Below, one piece after another: positions 10,745 to 19,501 of a stretch of DNA of 64,000 nt (position 1 is its first letter; each line of letters opens with the position of its first letter). The notes under the pieces are model-generated. The model searched no databases and was not told where the DNA came from. It saw only the letters and a list, made by a program, of their open reading frames with translations. A program made the position numbers and the translations under genes. Origin of the DNA: an uncultured delta proteobacterium (GTDB lineage Bacteria; Desulfobacterota; Desulfobacteria; Desulfobacterales; B30-G6); assembly GCA_963744665.1 (NCBI GenBank), contig CAVUUM010000003.1:62508-126507 (forward strand). The letters run 5' to 3'.

Positions 10745-12070
10745 ATGATCATGGCTGAAGAAGCAATTAAACTAGGCGGGAAAAAGAAGAGCATCTTCCT
10801 GGACAAGGTCAAGGAGCTTCTCCCGGAAGGGGGAAACCTGAATCTTTGTCTGACCTGCGGTGCCTGCTCGTCGGGTTGCCCGGCAACCGGACTCGCCGGC
10901 ATGGACCCGCGGAAATTTCTGCGCATGGCAGCGCTGGGTATGGATGATGAAATCATTAAATCGGACTGGCCCTGGATGTGCACCATGTGCCAGCGCTGCA
11001 TCTATGTCTGCCCCATGAAAATAGATATCCCGCAGCTTATTTACAATGCCCGTGGACTCAGGCCCAGGGAAGAACGCCCCAAGGGAATTTTGGGATCCTG
11101 TGACATGGCCCTGCGAAATGACAGCACCAGCGCCATGGGGGCTACGCCGGAAGATTTTCAATTCGTTGTCGAAGATGTGCTGGAAGAGTATCAGGAAGCA
11201 CAACCTGAATTCAAGGACATGCAGGCCCCCATCGACAAGCAGGGTGCGGAGTTTTTTTTAAATCAGAACTCCAGGGAACCGGTAACCGAACCCGATGAAC
11301 TGGTTCCACTCTGGAAGATCCTTCATCTTGCCGGGGTTGACTGGACATACGGCAGCAAGGGCTGGGCCGGGGAAAATTACTGCATGTTCCTGGCAGACAA
11401 CGATTCATGGGAACAGGTCACCCGGACAACGGTCGCTTCAGCTAACGAACTAGGTTGTAAAACCTTTCTAAATACAGAGTGAGGGCACGTTACCTTCTCA
11501 GTCCTGGCAGGACTGAAAAAATTTAAAATTGAGCACAATTTTGAGGTAAAGAATATTTACGAATATTATGCCAAATGGATCCGGGAGGGAAAACTCAAAG
11601 TCAATTCCGACTGGAACAAGGATCTTAAAATCAAGTTTACCGTACAAGACCCCTGTCAGATTGTCCGCAAAAGCTATGGAGACCCCATAGCCGAAGATCT
11701 GCGCTTTGTTGTCAAATCCGTGGTGGGTGAAGAGAACTTTATCGACATGCAACCCAACCGGTCCAACAATTACTGTTGTGGCGGTGGCGGTGGTTTTCTG
11801 CAATCGGGGTATAAACAAGAGCGTCTGGAATACGGAAAACTAAAAGATCAGCAGATCAAGGCAACAGGTGCCGATTATTGTATTGCCGGTTGCCACAACT
11901 GCCATGCCCAGATTCATGAACTGAGCGAGCACTACGGTGGCAACTATCCCGTGGTCCACTTGTGGACGCTTATATGTCTTTCTTTGGGAATATTGGGGCC
12001 GAACGAACGTGAATACCTTGGCGATGACCTTAAAGATGTTCTGGTTTTTCACCCCGAAACAGCAATGTAG
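10745..12070 (+). CDS. HdrD/HdrCB-like Fe-S oxidoreductase (2x[4Fe-4S] ferredoxin plus two CCG domains) with selenocysteine at 11480-11482
   Basis: Motifs CLTCGACSSGCP and CTMCQRCIYVCP, then CCGGGGG...CHNCH. ORFs 10745..11482 and 11720..12070 share a frame, and I found no other stop between them when reading codon by codon. The junction reads FLNTE-U-GHVTFSV. Confidence 0.8.
11499..11515 (+). promoter_or_regulatory. candidate SECIS stem-loop for the hdrD-like gene
   Basis: CAGTCC-UGGCA-GGACTG is a perfect 6-bp stem 16 nt after the UGA. It has the same UGGCA loop as the mvhD hairpin. Confidence 0.5.
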
Positions 12071-12157
12071 GCCATCGGCATTATTATCCGCAATTGAATA
12101 TTTTATAAATTCCCGATCATAAGAAAGCAGGAAATGGTGCGGTTTTAAGGAGGAAAC

Positions 12158-12841
12158 ATGATAGTCGCCAAAAGGAAACCGTTTGACGAAATAAAAGAGA
12201 TGATCAAGGGGCATAAAAAAGTCCTCATCGCCGGGTGTGGAACCTGTGTGGCTGTCTGTCTTGCGGGTGGTGAAAAGGAGGTCGATGTTCTGAATGCAGA
12301 GCTCGACATGGCCAGGCGGCTGGAAAACAAGCCCCTGGACACCGGCACCATCACCGTGGAACGACAGTGTGATGTGGAATACCTGGAGCCGTTCGATGGG
12401 TTAGTCAAGGATTACGATGCCATTCTCTCCATGGCCTGTGGTGTCGGCATCCAGTTTTTAGCGGAACGTTTTCCCGGCATACCCGTCTACCCGGCGGTAG
12501 ACACCACCGGCATGTCGGCCAACCTGGCGGTGGGATGGTACGAAGAACGCTGTCGATCCTGCGGTGAGTGTGTTCTGGGAATGACGGGGGGTATCTGCCC
12601 GGTCACCATGTGCGCCAAGGGTCTTTACAACGGTCCCTGCGGCGGCACCAACGACGGCAACTGTGAAATCAGTGATGACCAGCCCTGCGCCTGGTTTAAA
12701 ATTTACGAACGTCTGGCAACCCAGGACCGACTCGATTCTATTCTCAGTATCAAAGAGCCTGTGAGCTGGAATGACCAGGTTCCAAGAACACTGGTACAGC
12801 CGGGATATAAAAAACCTGAAAAAGCCAAGAACGAACAATAA
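12158..12841 (+). CDS. metV: methylene-tetrahydrofolate reductase-associated Fe-S/zinc-ribbon subunit (MetV type)
   Basis: Cys clusters GCGTCVAVC, CRSCGECV and CPVTMCAKGLYNGPCGG lie directly upstream of metF. Confidence 0.8.
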   Translation: MIVAKRKPFDEIKEMIKGHKKVLIAGCGTCVAVCLAGGEKEVDVLNAELDMARRLENKPLDTGTITVERQCDVEYLEPFDGLVKDYDAILSMACGVGIQFLAERFPGIPVYPAVDTTGMSANLAVGWYEERCRSCGECVLGMTGGICPVTMCAKGLYNGPCGGTNDGNCEISDDQPCAWFKIYERLATQDRLDSILSIKEPVSWNDQVPRTLVQPGYKKPEKAKNEQ

Positions 12842-12845
12842 GGTG

Positions 12846-13796
12846 ATGCATATGAGCACAGAGGAAAACGGTTTCAAATCAGGAAGTAACTTGGAGAAAA
12901 TCTTGCGGGCCGGTCATTTTGCATTTACAGGTGAGCTGGGTCCACCGCGGGGTTCCAATGCCGAAGAGGTCAGGGAAAAAGCAAAACACCTGAAAGGGAT
13001 GGTGGATGCGGTCAACATCACCGACAACCAGACGGCCATGGTACGGATGTCCAGTTGGGCGGCCAGTCTTCTGATCATGCAGGAGGGTCTGGAACCCAAT
13101 TTTCAAATGGTATGCCGCGACCGGAATCGCCTGGCCATGCAGTCCGACATCCTGGGCGCCTACGCCCACGGCATCAAGAATATGCTGTGTCTCTCCGGTG
13201 ACCATCAAAAATTCGGTGATCATCCCCAGGCAAAAGGTGTCTTTGATATCGACTCCATGCAACTCATCGGCATGGTCAAAAAAATGCGTGATGAAAGCAA
13301 ATTTCTGGGTGGTGCCGACCTTGAAGACGCCCCCAAGATGTTTATCGGTGCGGCTGCCAACCCCTTTGCCGACCCTTTTGAGTGGCGCGTTCACAGACTT
13401 GCCAAGAAAATCAATGCCGGTGTCGATTTTATCCAGACCCAGTGCATCTACAACATGGATAAGTTCAGAGAGTTTATCAAGAGAGCCAACGACATGGGAC
13501 TGACCGAAAAGGTCTACATCCTGGCGGGTGTCACCCCCATGAAGAGTGTCGGTATGGCCAAGTACATGAAAAGTAAAGTACCTGGAATGGATGTGCCGGA
13601 CGAGGTTATCAAACGGCTCCAGGGGGCTGAAAAAGGAAAAGTTGCGGCGGAAGGCATCAAAGCCGCCTGCGAACAGATCGAGGAATTCAAGGAGATGAAA
13701 GGGGTTGCCGGTGTACACCTCATGGCCATCGAGTGGGAGCACAAGGTCCCGGAAATCGCCGAGCAGGCAAAAGTACTGCCGCGACCGCAGGTTTAG
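12846..13796 (+). CDS. metF: 5,10-methylenetetrahydrofolate reductase
   Basis: AFTGELGPPRGSN..., VNITDNQTAMVRMSS and GVDFIQTQCIYN are typical of MetF. The start is ATG at 12846 or 12852. Confidence 0.9.
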   Translation: MHMSTEENGFKSGSNLEKILRAGHFAFTGELGPPRGSNAEEVREKAKHLKGMVDAVNITDNQTAMVRMSSWAASLLIMQEGLEPNFQMVCRDRNRLAMQSDILGAYAHGIKNMLCLSGDHQKFGDHPQAKGVFDIDSMQLIGMVKKMRDESKFLGGADLEDAPKMFIGAAANPFADPFEWRVHRLAKKINAGVDFIQTQCIYNMDKFREFIKRANDMGLTEKVYILAGVTPMKSVGMAKYMKSKVPGMDVPDEVIKRLQGAEKGKVAAEGIKAACEQIEEFKEMKGVAGVHLMAIEWEHKVPEIAEQAKVLPRPQV

Positions 13797-13832
13797 CGGT
13801 AAACGCGATACACGCTTTTTAGAAGGAGTTTC

Positions 13833-14375
13833 ATGAAAACAACCAAAATAATTTGCGCTTTAATCCTAATACTCGGCGTCTTTGCGAATCCCGTTCTATC
13901 CAAAGACTTGAAAGGCCATCTGGGGATCGGTTTTAATTCTCAATTCAGCCCGGAGAACCTGGACTCTCTGTCCGGGAAATACTGGATCAACAATGAACTT
14001 GCCGTACAGGGTCTTTTCGGGTTCAACTTTTCAGATTCTTCTGATGATCTGGATATAGGTGGCAAGGCATATTTCAAAATCAAAGATGAAGAGAATCTCC
14101 ACGTGGATATCATCGCAGGTGTGGGGTTTTCCCGCTCCGATCCGGATAAGGGCAATACCAAGACAGGCACCTGGGTCAATGCGGGTGTCGGGCTCGAATA
14201 TTTCTTCAGCGGTCTGCCCAACCTCGGCTTTTCAACCGAGGTCGGCGTCACCTTCACGGACTATGACCACGACAGTTCTTTTGGATCCACGGCTGATTCT
14301 TTTGTGGGTGCCGGAATTCATTACTACTTTGACATTCTGTCGCCAACCGTGAAGAGAACCCAGGAGACAGAGTAG
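13833..14375 (+). CDS. small outer-membrane beta-barrel protein
   Basis: Signal peptide MKTTKIICALILILGVFANPVLS. The sequence has Gly/aromatic-rich alternating strands (GVGLEYFF, GAGIHYYF). Confidence 0.6.
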   Translation: MKTTKIICALILILGVFANPVLSKDLKGHLGIGFNSQFSPENLDSLSGKYWINNELAVQGLFGFNFSDSSDDLDIGGKAYFKIKDEENLHVDIIAGVGFSRSDPDKGNTKTGTWVNAGVGLEYFFSGLPNLGFSTEVGVTFTDYDHDSSFGSTADSFVGAGIHYYFDILSPTVKRTQETE

Positions 14376-14383
14376 GTAGAGCA

Positions 14384-14533
14384 GGGTTCGAGGGGCCGAG
14401 GGTGATACAAGGGTTCGAGGGGAGCTGACAGCTATAAGCGGACAGCGGCATTTCAGCCTCCAAGTATCCTGCATATAAGGGTTCGAAAGAATAAGCCCTA
14501 AGCCGTAAGCAGCTTACAGCTTAGGGCTTCTTG
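14384..14533. repeat. cluster of GGGTTCGAGG-type and TAAGC-type word repeats
   Basis: GGGTTCGAGGGGCCGAGGGTGATACAAGGGTTCGAGGGG shares a 23-nt identity with the reverse complement of 28926-28948. It is followed by ATAAGCCCTAAGCCGTAAGC-A-GCTTACAGCTTAGGGCTT. Confidence 0.8.
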
Positions 14534-14922
14534 TTTTCGCAGCTGGATATAAAAGTTTGCAGAAATTAAGTGTCAAAAGACGAACATTGCTTTACAATCC
14601 CGCCTTACAAGATATACTTGACTTGATAACTCAGAATGATGTTATCAGTAATTTCGGCAAGTTGTGAATGTTCTCCATATATCAGTATCAAATCGATGCG
14701 TGGTAAATTTAAAAAAGCATTCCAGCATTTGGCAAGCTGTGAACTTCATCTCACCTATTTCATAAGATTGTGTGCATATTTGCGACTGCATGTTTGATCA
14801 ATGGGTGGATGATGTTCATAGGGATAATGATAGGGAATAAATGTGATAGAGAACAATAGGCATATAAACTGGTAATTGCATGAATATTTTAATCGTAAGA
14901 TAGCAAAGAAAGGAGTTAAGTT

Positions 14923-15273
14923 ATGGCAAATTTTTTATTTGTTTTAAGCAGGGATGACAATGAGGCCGCAACCAGGTGCTTTCAATTTTCCAAAATCGCT
15001 CATTCAAAAGGTCACAAAACGGATTTATTTTTTATTGATAATGGCGTTAAGTGGGCTAATTCTGAGCGAAATTTTGATGAAAAAACAGCAACTGGTGATT
15101 GCTCGAATGATTACCTGCCCTATCTTGTTGATAACCAAGTGCCAATTGGAGTCTGAATCCCATGTGCAAAAGCTCGTCAGGTTGACGAGGCAAAATTCTT
15201 CTCAAATATGAGGTTAGATGGCGGACCGCATTTGATTGACTTGGCTGCAGAGGCTAAGGTGTTTAACTTTTAG
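14923..15273 (+). CDS. DsrE/DsrF-like protein with in-frame UGA (candidate selenocysteine) at 15154-15156
   Basis: AGGAG RBS. The frame continues through the TGA: ...NQVPIGV-U-IPCAKARQVDEAKFFSNMRLDGGPHLIDLAAEAKVFNF. The UxxC sits where DsrE-like proteins have CxxC. A hairpin follows. Confidence 0.7.
15173..15189 (+). promoter_or_regulatory. candidate SECIS stem-loop for the DsrE-like gene
   Basis: CTCGTCA-GGT-TGACGAG is a perfect 7-bp stem with a GGU loop, 16 nt after the UGA. Confidence 0.55.
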
Positions 15274-15279
15274 AAATAG

Positions 15280-15911
15280 ACCCTTCAAAGGCAGTGACGC
15301 ATACAAGAAGCTACAGGTTCTCTTCGCCACTGATGACGCTGTTCTTGTCGCCCACAATGCCAAGTTTGATGTCAGCATTTTAAACCGTGAAAACCTTTAT
15401 CCTCAAAGATTCATTTGCACCTATAAACTTTCACGTTATCTGGACAAGGATGGTGTGATACCAAAATACACTCTCCAGTATCTTCGATATTATTTGAAAC
15501 TTAATATCGATGCTACGGCACATACTGCCATTGGTGATGTACTGGTACTGGAAGCACTGTTTCAGAGAATCTATGCAAGTTTATAGGGGTTGTCAGAAAA
15601 ACGTTCCGATTGAGGACCGTTTTTCTGCTACAAACCCTTATACCGCCATCATATTTTCGGAACATTATTATGACAAGCGGTATAAAGGACAGGCTATCGA
15701 TCAGGTTGCTGATATGATTAATATCAGCAGTTCACCTGTGTTAGTGCCACGCATGCCTTTTGGGAAGCACAAAGGGTTGAAGATGGCAGAAGTGCCGGAG
15801 GACTATCTTCAGTGGTTGGCTGGTACCGATCTTGATAAGGATCTGGCATATACCGTGCGGCACTATCTTGGTGGGCAAATACAAGATCCAGAATATGATG
15901 CCGGTATCTGA
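15280..15911 (+). pseudogene. exoX-like DEDDh 3'-5' exonuclease remnant, 5'-truncated and interrupted by the 104-nt element
   Basis: It contains VAHNAKFDVSIL, ICTYKLSRYL, HTAIGDV and the C-terminal MPFGKHKGLKMAEVPEDYLQWL...TVRHYL, as in E. coli ExoX. The Exo I (DxE) N-terminus is missing. The frame breaks at the element. Confidence 0.65.
15582..15685 (+). mobile_element. 104-nt two-hairpin repeat element, copy A (MITE-like)
   Basis: TATAGGGGTTGTCAGAAAAACG...GACAAGCGGTATAA is identical over all 104 nt to copy B. It lies inside the exoX-like reading frame. Confidence 0.8.
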
Positions 15912-15954
15912 GTTTTGAGGTTTATAATAATTGTTAGGATGTAGGTGAACATAA

Positions 15955-16428
15955 ATGGCTGAAAAAAGAATAAAGAAAGAATATAAGGTTCTTGTAGCGG
16001 TTGATTTTTCTCCATGTTCAGCTAGTGCTTTAAAAAGCTCTAAATTAATAATGGGTCGAAAGCCAGATCGCATTGTTGTCCTCTACGTAATAGATCACGA
16101 TTTTATTGAAAGGTGCGTAGCAAGTAGACTTGGCAAAGAATCACAAATCAAAAAGACCTTGTTTATGGAGGCCAAAAAAAAGCTAAAGCAATTTCTTCAG
16201 ACTCATAACATGATGAACGCTTCCATAGAAACAGAAATTTGTGAAGGGACACCGTTTCTTGAGATCAATAAAAAGGCAATTGAAAAGGATGTCGATATTG
16301 TGATCATGGGAACACGTGGCACATCTGGAGATATAAAAAGGACTTTCTTTGGAAGCACTACCGAAAGGGTCCTCCGGTTTATAAAGCGACCCGTCCTTTG
16401 TGTTCCTATTGAGGAAGATCGTAAGTAA
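15955..16428 (+). CDS. universal stress protein (UspA family)
   Basis: VLVAVDFSPCS...VDIVIMGTRGTSGDIKRTFFGSTTERVLRFIKRPVLCVP. Confidence 0.85.
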   Translation: MAEKRIKKEYKVLVAVDFSPCSASALKSSKLIMGRKPDRIVVLYVIDHDFIERCVASRLGKESQIKKTLFMEAKKKLKQFLQTHNMMNASIETEICEGTPFLEINKKAIEKDVDIVIMGTRGTSGDIKRTFFGSTTERVLRFIKRPVLCVPIEEDRK

Positions 16429-16583
16429 CGATAGGCGATAGTACTGTGGTGTAAATATGTATAATACTGTTTAGTGAGTTCATACAAATTCTGAGGGGTT
16501 GAGACAGTGGGGTAATCTGTTGGTTACGTGATATTGATAAGGTCTATTGCGTTTGGTGCGGCATAACCTAAAGCCGGCAAACA

Positions 16584-16643
16584 CTTATGGCTTACAGCCC
16601 ATAGCCCCCTCGGACCCTTGAACCCTCAAATCCTCGGACCCTA
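16584..16643. repeat. TAAGC-type and GGTTCRAG-type word repeats (complement orientation)
   Basis: CTTATGGCTTACAGCCCATAGCCCCCTCGGACCCTTGAACCCTCAAATCCTCGGACCC lies just downstream of the fdhA stop. Confidence 0.75.
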
Positions 16644-16653
16644 TCTCCAACTG

Positions 16654-19422
16654 CTACGCAGCTTTAGAGATCCTCACCGCACACACCTTGTACTCCGGAA
16701 TCCCCGACACGGGATCCAGAGCCGCATTCGTCAACTTGTTTGCAGCGGCCTGGGCAAAATGAAAGGGAATAAAAACGGTTCCCGCAACTGCCTTTTCAGA
16801 AATCTTGATGGCCGCTTGGATATCGCCCCGCCGGGATTCAACCTTGACCATGGCACCGTCTTTAAGGTCATAGGTTTGGGCGTCATCGGTTGAAATTTCC
16901 ACAAAACAGGCCGGTGCCCTTTCGTTGAGCCCCTCTGATTTCATGGTCATGGTCCCGGTATGATAGTGATACAGGAGACGACCGGTCGTCAGAAACAGGG
17001 GATATTCCGTGTCAGTGTTTTCAGCCGGCTCCGTATAGTCGATGGCGTGAAAAAGACCCTTGCCCCTTGTAAACTGCTCCCGGTGAAGGATGGGTGTCCC
17101 TGGGTGTTCCTTGGTGGGGCAGGGCCAGTGTATACCCTCGAATTCTATCCGATCATAATCGATGCCGGCATAGGACGGCGTCACGGCGGTCAGTTCTTCC
17201 ATGATCTCCCGGCTGTCGCCGTAGGGCATGGCAAACCCCATACGCGTGGCAATTTCTGCGGTGATCTTCCAGTCATCCATTACCTGGCCCGGTGCTTCCA
17301 CGGCTTTGCGTACACGCTGTACCCGCCGCTCACTATTGGTAAAGGTACCCTCTTTCTCGGCAAAACACTTGGACGGTAAAACCACGTCCGCAAGCTGTGC
17401 CGTCTCGGTCATGAAGATATCCTGGACCACCAGAAAATCAAGATTGGCAAGACCCTTTTTGGCATGATTCAGATCGGGATCCGATACCAGCGGATTCTCA
17501 CCAATGATATACAATCCCTTGAATTCCCCGTCATGTGCCTTGGGGATCATTTTCGTAACCGTCAGACCGGGCTGGGTCGGCAGATCGCTGACACCCCAGG
17601 CCTCCGCCATCTTTTTTGAGACAGCCAGATCAGCCACCGGCTGGTACCCTGAAAAAACATTCGGCAGGCCACCCATGTCACAGGCACCCTGAACGTTGTT
17701 CTGACCCCTCAACGGGTTGACACCACCGCCTTCGACACCCATATGGCCGCAGAGCATGGCCAGGTTTGCCAGGGATTTGACATTGTCCGTCCCCGAAGTG
17801 TGCTGGGTGATGCCCATACAATAACAGATACTGCCGGCTCTGGCACCTGCGTACATCCTGGCGCTATCGGCCAGGTCCGCCTGTGGGATACCGGTAATCT
17901 CTTCCACATAGGCCGGTGTGTATTTTGCCACGATCTCTTTGAGTTCTTCAAAACCCTCGGTTCGTGTTTCCACAAACGTGCGGTCATAAAGGTTTTCTTC
18001 GATAATGACGTTCATCATGCCGTTGATCCAGGCCACATCGGTCCCCAGCTTCTGCCGCAGCCAGTGATGGGCAAATTGGGCGATCCGGATAAATCGCGGA
18101 TCCACAACGATGAGTTTGGCACCCCTGAAGGTGACCGCTCTTTTGATAAAGGATGACAAGACCGGGTGATTCTCGGTGGTGTTGGATCCGGTGACAAGAA
18201 TGACGTCTGCTGTTTCGATGTCGCTGATGGTGTTCGTCATGGCACCGCTTCCGAATGCTGCAGCCAGACCGGCTACGGTCGAGGAATGTCAGAGCCGGGC
18301 GCAGTGATCGATGTTGTTGGTTTTCAGCACCGCCCGTGCAAACTTATTGGCGATATAGTTCTCCTCGTTCGTTATTCTCGCGGAGGTCAGAACACCCAGA
18401 CTGTCCGGCCCGCTGGTTTCCTTTATTTCGTTGAACCGCCTGGCCACCGTATCCAGGGCCTCGTCCCAGGTGGCTTCCCTGAATGTACCGTTCTCCTTGA
18501 TCATGGGAGCGGTCAAACGTTCAGGTGAGTGAATAAAATCGTATCCGAACCGGCCTTTGACACACAAGCTGCCAAAGTTCGGGGGAACATCTTCGACACC
18601 GGAAACCTTGACAACCCGGTTGTCTTTGACATGCAGATAGAGTTGGCACCCCACACCACAGTAAGAACAGGTGGTACGGACTTTTTCGGTTTCCCAGTGC
18701 CGTACCCGATAGCGAACGTCTTTTTCCACCAAAGCGCCCACCGGACACACCTGAACACATTCACCGCAAAAAACACAGTCCGAATCTTTCAATGGTTTGT
18801 CGCCGGCAGCGATTATTTTTGAATCGCTGCCCGTGTAACCGAACTGGATGGCATTGTTGACCTGAATGTCGTTACAGGCCTGAACACACCTGCCGCACTT
18901 GATGCAACGGGAAAAATCCCTGACGATAAACGGGTTGACCGTTTCCATGGGATAGGGTGTTCCCGCATCCGAAAATCTCCTGGGTTCCACCTGATAACGA
19001 TAGGCCAGATCCTGTAACCGGCAGTCTCCCCAAACCGGGCATAGTTCAGAACTGTCGTCATATTGCTGAACACGCATCTGGAACTGGGTCCAGTCATCAC
19101 TGCTGGTGCCCCTGATAGCGCAGTTGTGATTACCGGTGGAGAGCATGAGTTGAATGATCAATCGACGGGCCTTTACGACTTCCGGGGATTCCGAATGCAC
19201 CACCATGCCTGCCTCCGCCAGGGTGTTACAGGAAGGCAGAAGATCTTTCTCGTTTTCTATTTCAACCACACATACCCTGCAATTGCCCGTGGGGGAAGCC
19301 CCTTTCAGATGACAGAGCGTCGGGATATCGATGTGGTTTCTTCCGGCAACCGCCAGAATGGTTTCTCCGGGTTCGAATGAAAACGCATTTCCATTGATGA
19401 TAATTTTTTCCTGATCATTCAT
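16654..19422 (-). CDS. fdhA: formate dehydrogenase alpha subunit, cytoplasmic NuoG-like fused type, selenocysteine at 18289-18291
   Basis: N-terminal 2Fe-2S and 4Fe-4S motifs, then the molybdopterin domain. The junction reads [29 protein letters not shown]. GGGGA RBS precedes ATG at 19422. There is no Tat signal. Confidence 0.9.
18260..18276 (-). promoter_or_regulatory. candidate SECIS stem-loop of fdhA
   Basis: GUAGCC-GGUCU-GGCUGC lies 12 nt after the UGA. It resembles the GGUCU-containing loop of E. coli fdhF, quoted from memory. Confidence 0.5.
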
Positions 19423-19501
19423 ATGCAAGTCCCCTGCATCCAATCGTTATATAAATCGGGTTGATACCATCGGAGTTATGTAACCAAAAGCAATGGTTTT
19501 G

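Noticed and set aside
14653-14745. A direct repeat, TTYGGCAAGYTGTGAA, occurs twice 75 bp apart upstream of the DsrE-like gene. I considered it as a sigma-54 promoter (TGGCA...).
   Set aside because: The spacing and the -12 element do not fit TGGCAC-N5-TTGC. With only two copies, no function can be supported. It is noted only as a possible regulator site.
14534-16583. Calling the AT-rich islet a mobile genetic element or genomic island.
   Set aside because: No integrase, transposase, tRNA target or clear direct-repeat borders are visible. Only the compositional shift and flanking repeat clusters support it, so it is reported as a finding rather than as a mobile-element feature.
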